From: Patescibacteria group bacterium
Lineage (GTDB): Bacteria; Patescibacteriota; Minisyncoccia; Phycocordibacterales; UBA6065
DNA: 38,094 bases
Direction: 5' to 3'
Assembly (NCBI GenBank): GCA_038064295.1
Contig: JBBTTH010000021.1
Coordinates: 1-38,094, forward strand
The notes beneath the pieces are model-generated. The model searched no databases, had not been told where the DNA came from, and saw only the letters and a program-made list of their open reading frames with translations. Below, piece after piece: positions 8,509 through 16,973 of this stretch. A program made the position numbers and the translations under genes. The first letter of the stretch is position 1. Each line of letters begins with the position of its first letter.

Positions 8509-10239
8509 GTGAAATATAGCCTCCGAGAAAGTATTGCGGAAAAACCTGCTGAATTCGCGGTTTTTTCCGATGCACTTTCAAATCTCCTCGTAAACCGCGG
8601 CTTGAAAACCCTCGCCACCGCCCTAGCTTTTATTTCCCCGGATTACGGACTTCACAGTCATGACCCGTTTCTCATGCGCGATATGGATAAAGCGGTCGAG
8701 AGAGTGTACAGAGCGATAAAGAACAAAGAAAAAATAATTATATACAGCGATTATGACGCTGATGGGATTCCGGGGGCGGTTATTTTGCATGATGCTTTCA
8801 AAAAAATAGGCATCGTCAATTTTGAAAATTATATTCCCCACAGGCACGACGAAGGATTCGGTTTGAATCACGGCGCCTTTGACGGATTCAAAGAAAAAGG
8901 CGCAAAACTGCTCATAACCATAGATTGCGGCATAGGCAATATTGATGAAGTAGCTTATGCAAATTCGCTCGGTATTGATGTCATCATTACAGATCATCAT
9001 GAATTGTCGGAAAAAATTCCACCTGCATTCGCTATCCTCAATCCGAAATTGAAAGACTGTAAATATCCGGAGAAAATGCTCTGCGGTTCGGGTGTTATAT
9101 TCAAATTTATTCAGGCCTTTCTCAAAAAATACGGCACCGAGTTTGGCGTACCGATTGGATGGGAAAAATGGCTCTTGGATTTGGTCGGCATTGCCACGCT
9201 ATCTGACATGGTACCTCTCACCGGAGAAAATCGAGTTTTTGCCTATTACGGACTGAAAGTTTTAAAAAAAACACCTCGCCTAGGTCTATCGCAATTATTT
9301 CAAAAACTGCGCGTCAAACGTGAATATCTGAATGAGGATGATATCGGTTTTACAATCACGCCGCGCATAAACGCCGCGTCGCGTATGGGTTCTCCGGATA
9401 TCGCTTTCAATCTCCTCTCTACCGACAATGTTTCTCTGGCGGGTGCGTATGCCGATGCTCTGGAGCGCGTCAATAACGAGCGCAAAGGAACTGTCGCTTC
9501 GCTCGTGAAAGAGGTCAAAAAAATACTTTCCGAAAGGGATATTGAAAGCAAAAAAATCATCGTTTTGGGAAATCCAGTATGGCGGCCGTCGCTTTTGGGT
9601 CTGGTGGCCAACAATCTGGCGGAGCAATATGGCAAACCGACGTTTCTCTGGGGCAGGGATGGCGGAGGAATTATAAAAGGTTCATGTCGCTCTGGTCGCG
9701 GAGAAAATGGAAACACCATGACAAGTGTTTTGTCCATAATGCAGAAAATCCCAGCGGCATTTGTCGCTTTCGGCGGGCACGGAGCTTCGGGCGGGTTTGA
9801 AGTGTCAAACGACAGCGTGCACGCCCTGGCTCCTTCACTGGAAGACGCCGCGGAGAAGCTCAGCGCTGAAATCGGCGATCTAAAAATAGCGGAGAATCGC
9901 ACTGACGCGCAGATATCGCTAGAAGATGTTTCATGGAATCTCTATGCAGACATAGAAAAACTTTCGCCTTTCGGCGTCGGCAATCCAAAGCCTCTCTTTC
10001 TCATAAAGGGCGCGCGCATAGATGCGGTAAAAAGTTTCGGCAAAGAAAACAATCACACAGAAATCATTTTCCGAGACTCGGCCGGCAGAAAAATATCAGC
10101 CATTCAATTCTTTCTGCCGAAAAAATCTCTGCCTGCGCACGCCGTGCCGCAATCGACGATAGATTTTGTTGCTTATATTGAAAAGTCAGCTTTCAAAAAT
10201 TATCCAGAACTGCGACTGCGGATTGTTGATATACTTTGA
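8509..10239 (+). CDS. recJ: Single-stranded-DNA-specific exonuclease RecJ (DHH/DHHA1 family).
   Basis: Motifs IYSDYDADGI, TIDCG, ITDHHE and GGHGASGGF. It has a GTG start. Confidence 0.9.
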   Translation: MKYSLRESIAEKPAEFAVFSDALSNLLVNRGLKTLATALAFISPDYGLHSHDPFLMRDMDKAVERVYRAIKNKEKIIIYSDYDADGIPGAVILHDAFKKIGIVNFENYIPHRHDEGFGLNHGAFDGFKEKGAKLLITIDCGIGNIDEVAYANSLGIDVIITDHHELSEKIPPAFAILNPKLKDCKYPEKMLCGSGVIFKFIQAFLKKYGTEFGVPIGWEKWLLDLVGIATLSDMVPLTGENRVFAYYGLKVLKKTPRLGLSQLFQKLRVKREYLNEDDIGFTITPRINAASRMGSPDIAFNLLSTDNVSLAGAYADALERVNNERKGTVASLVKEVKKILSERDIESKKIIVLGNPVWRPSLLGLVANNLAEQYGKPTFLWGRDGGGIIKGSCRSGRGENGNTMTSVLSIMQKIPAAFVAFGGHGASGGFEVSNDSVHALAPSLEDAAEKLSAEIGDLKIAENRTDAQISLEDVSWNLYADIEKLSPFGVGNPKPLFLIKGARIDAVKSFGKENNHTEIIFRDSAGRKISAIQFFLPKKSLPAHAVPQSTIDFVAYIEKSAFKNYPELRLRIVDIL

Positions 10240-10242
10240 TTT

Positions 10243-10758
10243 ATGCCGATACGAATTTTCACGGACGGAGCTTCGCGCGGAAACCCGGGACCTGGGGGAT
10301 GGGGAGCGATTATTTCCACAGAGAAAAAAGTCATAGAACTCGGTGGCAGAAAAGACCGTGCGACGAACAACAGAATGGAACTGTCGGCGGCCATAAACGC
10401 CCTAGAACATGTCCGCGAGGAAAATTTCGCCAATCTCGGCGATTTGGCCGCCGACGATAAAAAAGTCCAGCTTTTTTCGGATTCAAAATATGTCATTATG
10501 GGAATTACGGAGTGGATTTTTGGCTGGCAGAGAAAAGGTTGGAAAACAGCCGACAGAAAAACAGTTTTAAACAGAGATTTGTGGGAGAGACTGGCGAATG
10601 CGGCAAAAGGTCTGAAGATAGAATGGAAATACGTAGCGGGACATACAGGACACAGCGGAAACGAAAGGTGTGATGAAATCGCCACGCTCTATGCGGACGG
10701 AGAAAATGTACATTTATATTCTGGAGCCAGAGAAAAATACCCCATAAAACTGTTCTAG
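10243..10758 (+). CDS. rnhA: Ribonuclease HI.
   Basis: Motifs IFTDGASRGNPGPGGWGAI, TNNRMELSAAINALE, SDSKYV and GHSGNERCDEIA. Confidence 0.9.
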   Translation: MPIRIFTDGASRGNPGPGGWGAIISTEKKVIELGGRKDRATNNRMELSAAINALEHVREENFANLGDLAADDKKVQLFSDSKYVIMGITEWIFGWQRKGWKTADRKTVLNRDLWERLANAAKGLKIEWKYVAGHTGHSGNERCDEIATLYADGENVHLYSGAREKYPIKLF

Positions 10759-10821
10759 CGGGTCATGCCAGAAGAAGAGAGTTGGTGACAAAAAAATAAA
10801 AAAGTGGAATGTGCCGGGCGA

Positions 10822-10869
10822 GAACAGTCCTCGGGTCGGATTTGTCAAGGACAGACCGTTGACAAATCC
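10822..10869. repeat. Copy 1 of a 48-nt conserved core containing a 10-bp hairpin. Copy 2 is at 34457-34504.
   Basis: The sequence gaacagtcctcgggtcggatttgtcaaggacagaccgttgacaaatcc matches 34457-34504 at 46 of 48 positions. The hairpin is ggatttgtca/tgacaaatcc, and both differences fall in its loop. Confidence 0.7.
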
Positions 10870-10896
10870 TTAAAAGATCTGCGATATCACGCCATT

Positions 10897-10932
10897 TTCT
10901 TTATTTTTTCTTTAGATTTTCTTTATCTCCGT
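10897..10932 (+). promoter_or_regulatory. 36-nt T-rich phased motif (ttctttat-N5-ctttag-N5-ctttatctccgt) ending 16 nt before the comEC ATG.
   Basis: It matches 13045-13080 at 34 of 36 positions, and that copy ends 16 nt before the ATG of the MBL-domain gene. The internal period is about 11 nt. Confidence 0.55.
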
Positions 10933-10948
10933 TGTGTAAGGTTGGGGG

Positions 10949-12400
10949 ATGAACAACAAAACATTCTATGGCCTGTTTCTTTCCTTTTTTGCGGGAGTTT
11001 TTACCGCCTCTTTTGCGCATATCGACGCTATTTTCGCTCTCGTCGGTCTTTTAATCGGTGCCTGCCTCCTCATCAGAGGGTTTAGATTTATTTTTTATTT
11101 TGCCTGTCTCATTTTCTTTTTTCTCGGGGCGTATAGACTGGAAATTTCAAAAAATTATATCCATCCACTGGATGATTACATCGGAAAAATCGTGTCTGTG
11201 AGAGGTTTTGTGAGCGCGGAGCCGGAAATGAAAGAAATAGCGCGCAGATTCCGTTTTAAACCGGACGGTTCCAAAGACCAGATAATCATTTCCGCCGCTC
11301 TATATCCGGAATATAAATATGGCGAAGCTCTGGAAATCAAAGGTATCCTGAAATTTCCTGAAAACTTTGAAAGTCATCCAGGCGGTCCAGAATTTGATTA
11401 TATCTCATATCTCTCAAAAGATGATGTGCGTTATGTCATAAATCGTTCATCCATAACAAAACTCGGAGAAAATCATGGAAACCTCGTAATTTCATTTCTC
11501 ATAAAAATAAAGAAAGCATTTATAGAAAACATAGAACGTTTCCAGCCGGAACCTCATTCGTCCCTGGTTGCCGGCATTCTCCTCGGAGAAAAGAGTTCAT
11601 TGTCAAAAGATTTGCAAGATAATTTTAGACGTTCCGGCCTGACTCATATTCTGGTCTTGTCGGGTTTTAATGTTTCCATCGTAGCTGTGAGCCTCATGAA
11701 TATATTTTCATTTCTGCCGCGCGCTATGGGCCAATCCCTCGGTGCTTTTTCCATAATTTTGTTTGCCTTGATGACGGGCGCGTCCGCTACAACCATACGC
11801 GCCAGCATCATGGCTCTGATTGTCATCATGTCCTCGCGGGCGGGGAGAAGTTACGACGTATCACGGGCTCTCATTATTGCCGGCCTACTCATGCTGGTCC
11901 AAAATCCGCGCATTTTGGTTTTTGACATAGGCTTCCAGTTGAGTTTTCTATCCACTTTGGCCTTGGTATATGTGTCGCCGATTTTTACAGAAAAATTATT
12001 ATTTATCACAGAAAAATTTCAAATACGGCAGATATTCTCGACGACCATATCAACTCAGGTATTTATTCTGCCTTTTTTGCTATACAAAATGGGCGAAATA
12101 TCTGTCGTATCACTCATCACAAACCTGCTCGTCTTGCCTGTCATTCCGTGGTCCATGTTTGGCGGCTTTATGACAGGTTTTTTCGGTTTTTTCGGTAGTT
12201 ACATTGCTTTACCCTTTGCTTGGGTGACGAATGTTTTACTGTCCTGGATGATATTTGTCGTTTCTTTTTTTGGAAAATTACCTTTTGCTTCCATAAAAAT
12301 GATTATCACTCTTCCCATGCTTTTTTTGGCATACATTTTTTTGACATTTTGGATCGTGCGGTTTCACAAGAAAAAGAGATTGGCAGAAAGCAAGGTTTAG
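10949..12400 (+). CDS. comEC: ComEC/Rec2 DNA internalisation channel: N-terminal OB-like region plus polytopic competence domain, with no MBL domain.
   Basis: The protein is multi-TM, with motifs LLGEKSSLSKDLQDNFRRSGLTHILVLSGFNVSIV and GASATTIRASIMA typical of the ComEC competence domain. Confidence 0.85.
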   Translation: MNNKTFYGLFLSFFAGVFTASFAHIDAIFALVGLLIGACLLIRGFRFIFYFACLIFFFLGAYRLEISKNYIHPLDDYIGKIVSVRGFVSAEPEMKEIARRFRFKPDGSKDQIIISAALYPEYKYGEALEIKGILKFPENFESHPGGPEFDYISYLSKDDVRYVINRSSITKLGENHGNLVISFLIKIKKAFIENIERFQPEPHSSLVAGILLGEKSSLSKDLQDNFRRSGLTHILVLSGFNVSIVAVSLMNIFSFLPRAMGQSLGAFSIILFALMTGASATTIRASIMALIVIMSSRAGRSYDVSRALIIAGLLMLVQNPRILVFDIGFQLSFLSTLALVYVSPIFTEKLLFITEKFQIRQIFSTTISTQVFILPFLLYKMGEISVVSLITNLLVLPVIPWSMFGGFMTGFFGFFGSYIALPFAWVTNVLLSWMIFVVSFFGKLPFASIKMIITLPMLFLAYIFLTFWIVRFHKKKRLAESKV

Positions 12401-12407
12401 AGGGGTT

Positions 12408-12989
12408 TTATTTCGCTTTTTTGAAATTGTCTTCTACCGTCTGCCAGTTGAGATTGGCGAAAAAGTCTTCAATGTAATTTTTCTTGCCAGATGGCTGATA
12501 ATCCGCAACAAAAGAATGTTCCCACATATCCAGAACGAGAATGGGCGAAACGTCCGGGAGATGTCCTAAATGTTGTTCATCAACCCAATATTGGATTAAT
12601 GTGTCTGTTCGTTTGTCATACCCGAGCATCGCCCAACCAATACCGCGCGTAGTGGCCAGATTTTTGAAAATTTCCAGAAAAGAACCAAAAGACCCGGTCC
12701 ACTCAACGATTTTTTCGTACAGAGGAGAATCTGGGGAGAGAAGTTTCGGCCCGCCTAGAAAATGTGAGAAATAATATTCGTGATTGCGCATCCCTCCGAA
12801 CTCAAATCCCTGCCTGCGACACGCTTCCCTGCGCGCGTATTCCGGGGTGTCCTGATTTTCCAAGATTTCCTGAATGATATTCAGATTTTTTACATATCCG
12901 GCATAGAGCTTCAAATGTTCCTCCATAGTTTTTGCCGAGATGCCTTTCAGAGCCGGAATATTGAACTTTTTTTCTTCAAATTTTTTCAT
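12408..12989 (-). CDS. Fe/Mn-type superoxide dismutase.
   Basis: Metal-ligand contexts are conserved: EEHLKLY (His), MRNHEYYF (His) and LDMWEHSFVADYQ (Asp/His). The GSGW-like GIGWAML motif is also present. Confidence 0.8.
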   Translation of the reverse strand: MKKFEEKKFNIPALKGISAKTMEEHLKLYAGYVKNLNIIQEILENQDTPEYARREACRRQGFEFGGMRNHEYYFSHFLGGPKLLSPDSPLYEKIVEWTGSFGSFLEIFKNLATTRGIGWAMLGYDKRTDTLIQYWVDEQHLGHLPDVSPILVLDMWEHSFVADYQPSGKKNYIEDFFANLNWQTVEDNFKKAK

Positions 12990-13044
12990 AGGGATTTTAA
13001 TTATAGTTTTAATTATTTATATCTGTCGTTTATTATACTCCTTT

Positions 13045-13080
13045 TTCTTTATATTTTCTTTATATTTTCTTTATCTCCGT
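13045..13080 (+). promoter_or_regulatory. Second copy of the 36-nt T-rich phased motif, ending 16 nt before the ATG of the MBL-domain gene.
   Basis: The sequence is ttctttatattttctttatattttctttatctccgt. It lies in the divergent SOD/MBL intergenic region. Confidence 0.55.
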
Positions 13081-13096
13081 CTGATAGTCTCCGGGC

Positions 13097-13942
13097 ATGA
13101 AATTCAGAAGAATAATATGCGCCGTTTTTTTCACACTCGCCACAATGAGTATTTTTGTTTTTACTCTGGAGCAAAATCACGGCCTACTTCAAATTTATTT
13201 TCTCGATATAGGTCAAGGGGACGCCACATATATTCGTACTCCAGGTGGACATGACATGCTCATAGATGGCGGGCCATCCAGAATTATTTTGCAAAAACTG
13301 GCGGAAGTCATGCCATTCTACGACCGGTCTATTGATGTCGTCATAGAAACGCATCCAGACGCTGATCATATAGGCGGACTGCCGTCTGTGTTAGAACGTT
13401 ATAATGTCGGTTTGTTTCTGGAGCCGGGTATAGAGTCAAAAAACGCCATAGACGATGAGATTCGGAGAATTCGCGCGGAAAAAAACATTCCGCGCGAACT
13501 GGCGCGGCGGGGGATGATTATAAACTTCGGCGAAGGCGCGCATTTTGATGTTTTGTATCCGGACAGAGATGTTTACGGCCTGAAAGACACAAATGAAGCT
13601 TCCATCGTCGGACAGATGAAATACGGCCGAACGACGGTCATGCTCGCGGGCGACTCCCCGAAGAAAATAGAAAATCGTCTGATTGTGATGGACGGGGAGC
13701 GTCTCAAGAGCGATATTTTGAAAGCCGGACATCACGGCTCCCATACTTCCAGCGGTGAAAATTATGTGAAAACAGTCGCGCCGCGATATGCGGTTGTTTC
13801 CGCGGGCAGGAAAAATCGCTACGGGCATCCGCATGCCGATGTTTTGGAAATTTTTGAGAAACTTGGTGTAAAAATAGCGCGAACGGATAGAGAAGGCACG
13901 GTTGAATTTGTTTCAGACGGCAGATCAATTACAGAAAAATAA
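13097..13942 (+). CDS. Membrane-anchored metallo-beta-lactamase fold hydrolase, resembling the ComEC C-terminal nuclease domain.
   Basis: An N-terminal TM/signal anchor is followed by LDIGQGDA, HPDADHIGG, LAGDS and KAGHHGS, as in the ComEC MBL domain. Confidence 0.85.
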   Translation: MKFRRIICAVFFTLATMSIFVFTLEQNHGLLQIYFLDIGQGDATYIRTPGGHDMLIDGGPSRIILQKLAEVMPFYDRSIDVVIETHPDADHIGGLPSVLERYNVGLFLEPGIESKNAIDDEIRRIRAEKNIPRELARRGMIINFGEGAHFDVLYPDRDVYGLKDTNEASIVGQMKYGRTTVMLAGDSPKKIENRLIVMDGERLKSDILKAGHHGSHTSSGENYVKTVAPRYAVVSAGRKNRYGHPHADVLEIFEKLGVKIARTDREGTVEFVSDGRSITEK

Positions 13943-13957
13943 AAATCATGGACAAAT

Positions 13958-13980
13958 GAAAAGGGAGCGAAATCGCCCCC
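13958..13980 (-). terminator. Intrinsic-terminator-like hairpin that folds best on the minus strand.
   Basis: On the minus strand gggggcg-attt-cgctccc (one G-U pair) is followed by tttt. It lies about 25 nt downstream of the small minus-strand ORF. Confidence 0.4.
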
Positions 13981-14006
13981 TTGTTCCGTCACATACTACC
14001 CCGCGC

Positions 14007-14123
14007 CTAGAATTCATCCTCATGAAAGATCCCGTTTTGTTCCTTCGGCGCCGTTTTCGCTATAACGAGGCTGAGGAGGAACACGAAGATCAAATAAACT
14101 AAAAAAATGATCAACGTCTTCAT
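14007..14123 (-). CDS. Possible 38-aa hydrophobic peptide (MKTLIIFLVYLIFVFLLSLVIAKTAPKEQNGIFHEDEF). It is below the ORF-track size cut-off.
   Basis: The ATG is preceded by GGAAAGGAAAA (an AGGA Shine-Dalgarno about 5 nt upstream). A minus-strand terminator lies downstream. A 10-bp-arm palindrome and a TTGACA hexamer lie upstream. Confidence 0.3.
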   Translation of the reverse strand: MKTLIIFLVYLIFVFLLSLVIAKTAPKEQNGIFHEDEF

Positions 14124-14237
14124 TTTTCCTTTCCGGCAAATGATAAATCATTTGCCACTTCTCTAAAAAGAGCTAGCAGTTCTCCAGGAAGGTTGGGAGT
14201 TCATGACCCATATTCTACTTTTTTGATTTTTTGTCAA

Positions 14238-14262
14238 CAAAAAACCGCTCGAGCGGTTTTTT
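14238..14262 (-). terminator. Bidirectional intrinsic terminator after rpmB.
   Basis: The sequence aaaaaaccgctcgagcggtttttt forms the perfect stem ccgctc/gagcgg flanked by A and T runs. It abuts the rpmB stop. Confidence 0.75.
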
Positions 14263-14503
14263 AAATGAGGCCGGCTTTTTTTAAAGTGACGTAAGCGCCG
14301 TTTTTATTTATGGTTTTGATTCCGCGAGTGGAGAGAATGAGACGGATGGATTTTTTCAACTCAGATATGTAGATTTTTTTATTCTGAAAATTGACGTGTT
14401 TGCGCACTTTGCCCGTAGGGTTGAATTGGGTAGCGCGAGTGCGGTTGGAATATCCGCCGCCCACTATAGAGGTGCTCTTTGTGATTGGACAGATTCTAGC
14501 CAT
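14261..14503 (-). CDS. rpmB: 50S ribosomal protein L28.
   Basis: MARICPITKSTSIVGGGYSNRTRATQFNPTGKVRKHVNFQNKK matches the L28 pattern. Confidence 0.9.
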   Translation of the reverse strand: MARICPITKSTSIVGGGYSNRTRATQFNPTGKVRKHVNFQNKKIYISELKKSIRLILSTRGIKTINKNGAYVTLKKAGLI

Positions 14504-14596
14504 TGGATTGAATTAAAAACCTCTCGGGAAGTACGGGCATGTTATCATATATGGGTGATTTGGCAAGTTTGAGTCAGCGATTTCTTTTATTATTAT

Positions 14597-15220
14597 ATGG
14601 ATTTTCAATTTATATTTTCTCTCGTCGTTCTCCTGTTTTCTGTCGTCATACATGAAATATCTCACGGCTATGCGGCTCTGGCTCTGGGCGATCACACCGC
14701 CGAATATGAGGGGAGGCTCACTTTAAACCCGGTCAAGCATATTGACATGGTCGGCACCATTATATTGCCCGTCATATCATTGATGCTTCCCGGCAGTTTT
14801 CTCTTCGGCTGGGCGAAACCGGTGCCTTACAATCCATATAATCTGCGCAATCAGAGGTGGGGTGAAGCGATTGTGGCGGCCGCCGGGCCCCTCTCCAACA
14901 TTCTCCTGGCTCTCATATTCGGATTTTTTGTAAGATTTTATATTGTTCCTGCCGGTTTGCTCGGTAGCGCGGTGAGCGTCATATGCCAAATCATCGTGAT
15001 AGTGAATATCGTCCTCGCCATATTCAATCTCATTCCTATTCCGCCTCTGGACGGGTCAAAAATTATCACCAGCATTTTGCCGCGGGGATTTATGCGCGTC
15101 CGTGAATCAATAGAGCGGTTCGGTTTTTTCGGTGTCATTATATTTCTCCTCTTTATCTGGCAATTTTTCGCGCCGCTCATTCCGTGGCTGTTTAAATTGA
15201 TTACCGGAATCAATTTTTGA
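14597..15220 (+). CDS. Site-2 protease family (peptidase M50) membrane zinc metalloprotease.
   Basis: HEISHG (HExxH) sits in the first TM helix, and the later NLIPIPPLDGSK motif is present. The protein is polytopic. Confidence 0.85.
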   Translation: MDFQFIFSLVVLLFSVVIHEISHGYAALALGDHTAEYEGRLTLNPVKHIDMVGTIILPVISLMLPGSFLFGWAKPVPYNPYNLRNQRWGEAIVAAAGPLSNILLALIFGFFVRFYIVPAGLLGSAVSVICQIIVIVNIVLAIFNLIPIPPLDGSKIITSILPRGFMRVRESIERFGFFGVIIFLLFIWQFFAPLIPWLFKLITGINF

Positions 15221-15224
15221 AAAT

Positions 15225-15298
15225 TGGTGGACCTAGCGAGAATCGGACTCGCGCCTCTACAATGCGAATGTAGCGTCGTGCCACTGGACTATAGGCCC
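15225..15298 (-). tRNA. tRNA-Ala, anticodon CGC, with genomically encoded CCA.
   Basis: The reverse complement is GGGCCTA-TA-GTCCAGTGGCACGAC-G-CTACA-TTCGCAT-TGTAG-AGGC-GCGAG-TCCGATT-CTCGC-TAGGTCC-ACCA. It folds as a cloverleaf with the G3-U70 alanine identity pair. Confidence 0.9.
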
Positions 15299-16302
15299 GT
15301 TTTTCCCCTTGTCGGCACTGTTTTTCGCGGCTGACTGCTTCTGTATATTTTGAACTTGCCGTCGTCGGCCAATATATCAGTCTTTTCAAAAAATTTCTTC
15401 AGCACTTTGCCGTACGGCAAGAAAGAGTTCGCCACGACATACGCTTTGCCGTCTCTTTTCAAATGTTGTTTCGCGCCCCGGGCGAAATTTTCAATGAAAG
15501 AATAATCCGTGTCCACACCTCTGTGAAAAGGGGGATTGGAGACGATGAGGTCAAACTTTCCTTTTATGTTTTCAAAAACATCTGATTCCATCACTTTGGC
15601 CGACAGCTTGTTCGCCTCCAGCGTCTTGCGCGCCGCCATGACAGCGAGCTTGCTTCGATCCGACATCAGCACTTCACTTGCCTGATTTTTCTTTTTGTAA
15701 ATTGTCCCTATCACACCCGAGCCACAGCCGACATCCAGCATTTTTTTCTTGTCGTATGGAATATGGTCCAGCAAAAGCCGCGTTCCCTCATCCAATTCTC
15801 CCGCGCTGAAGACTCCCGGCAAGTTTGCGATTTCTATTTGCGCGTCTTTATACGAAATGGGGGAGTACGAAAGAAAGTCTTCTATTTTTTTGTCTGCACC
15901 AAGTTTTTTATTTTTCCCGACGTAGAGCGCCGAGTGATTTCCCACGATTTTTTGCTCCACTGGTCCTATGTTTTTCTCAAAAGCCTTTTTCGCTGACTCT
16001 ATGCCGGCGCTTTTTTCTCCCGCCAGGACGATTTTTCTGTTTTCCAATACCATCCCTGAAACCAAAGCCAAAGTCATATCAATCAAGGCTTTTGATTTCG
16101 GCAGAAATACGACAGCGCTCCCGGCCGGAGCAGCGGAAGGCCTAAAAATGTCATTTTCGTCAGCAATCACGAGGAGATTTTCAAGAGCTAGCTCCTGCCG
16201 GTGTTTTTCCCAGAGTTCCAAAGCAAGATTTTTTTGCATAGGCGCATTGTACACCGCCGTTTGACTTCTACCAGTTAAACGGAGAAGTTTTGTTTTGTTC
16301 AT
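15289..16302 (-). CDS. Class I SAM-dependent rRNA methyltransferase, RsmC/RlmG-like.
   Basis: It has SAM motif I LDVGCGSGVIG and the catalytic NPPFH motif. The start is taken at MNKTKLL (16302). The 3-prime end overlaps the tRNA-Ala 5-prime end by 10 nt. Confidence 0.8.
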   Translation of the reverse strand: MNKTKLLRLTGRSQTAVYNAPMQKNLALELWEKHRQELALENLLVIADENDIFRPSAAPAGSAVVFLPKSKALIDMTLALVSGMVLENRKIVLAGEKSAGIESAKKAFEKNIGPVEQKIVGNHSALYVGKNKKLGADKKIEDFLSYSPISYKDAQIEIANLPGVFSAGELDEGTRLLLDHIPYDKKKMLDVGCGSGVIGTIYKKKNQASEVLMSDRSKLAVMAARKTLEANKLSAKVMESDVFENIKGKFDLIVSNPPFHRGVDTDYSFIENFARGAKQHLKRDGKAYVVANSFLPYGKVLKKFFEKTDILADDGKFKIYRSSQPRKTVPTRGKTGL

Positions 16303-16511
16303 TATGGTATTTTCTTGCTCAAATTCACTCTTTATGATAACCTCATCATCGCGTCTAAAAGCGCTATTGAAAGGGGCAGGTGAGTAACGGCGGAAAGCGA
16401 AACTTATGTTTTCAGGCCGCGAAGCGAACACCTGACCCGCGTCAGTTCAAATAGTCCGCAGTCGGTTAGAGCAAGGTAATTTTTTGTGATTTTTATTAAT
16501 TCTATTTTCAA

Positions 16512-16928
16512 ATGCCCACCATTCATCAATTGGTGAAGCGGAAGCGACGTTCTCTCAAGAGAAAGTCAAAATCAGTCGCTCTGACCAAGAGTTTTAACGT
16601 CCTCCAAAACAAGCCGCGATATTTCTATTCGCCATTCAAGCGCGGCGTCTGCATCAAAGTGACGACAAAAACTCCAAAGAAGCCAAACTCGGCCATCAGA
16701 AAAATAGCCCGTGTCCGTCTGTCAAACGGCATGGAAGTTACCGCTTATATTCCAGGCATCGGTCATGCTCTGCAAGAGCACTCTGTGGGTTTACTGCGTG
16801 GTGGTCGCGTCAAAGACGTAGGGCTCCGTTACACGGTTGTGCGCGGAGTATTGGACGCCGGCGGGGTAGAGAAGCGAGCAAAAGGTCGCAGTCAATATGG
16901 CACAAAGAAGCCAAAAGCGGCGAAATAA
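16512..16928 (+). CDS. rpsL: 30S ribosomal protein S12.
   Basis: [10 protein letters not shown]... and [17 protein letters not shown] match the S12 pattern. Confidence 0.97.
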   Translation: MPTIHQLVKRKRRSLKRKSKSVALTKSFNVLQNKPRYFYSPFKRGVCIKVTTKTPKKPNSAIRKIARVRLSNGMEVTAYIPGIGHALQEHSVGLLRGGRVKDVGLRYTVVRGVLDAGGVEKRAKGRSQYGTKKPKAAK

Positions 16929-16973
16929 ACCGACACAATAATTTTCCGTAATGATCCGTAACAAAAAACTACA

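Noticed and set aside
10822-10869. Resemblance of gucaaggacagacc in the 48-nt core to the GGUCAGGACAAGAC segment of guanidine-III riboswitches and to the SRP RNA apical region.
   Set aside because: Only a short A/G-rich string is similar. The pseudoknot partners of guanidine-III and the GGAA/AGCA loops of SRP domain IV are absent. The genomic contexts do not fit either.
10804-11085. 93-aa + strand ORF upstream of and overlapping comEC.
   Set aside because: It spans the repeated 48-nt core and the T-rich motif and overlaps the comEC start in another frame. It has no RBS and no recognisable motif.
12780-13254. Track ORFs 12780-13100 and 12940-13254 on the + strand.
   Set aside because: They are antisense to the SOD gene or run through the T-rich intergenic repeat. 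Their translations are Phe/Ile/Leu-rich low complexity produced by T-rich DNA.
13902-14102. 66-aa + strand ORF overlapping the end of the MBL gene.
   Set aside because: It has no RBS, overlaps the MBL gene 3-prime end and lies antisense to the better-supported small minus-strand ORF. Its composition looks non-coding.
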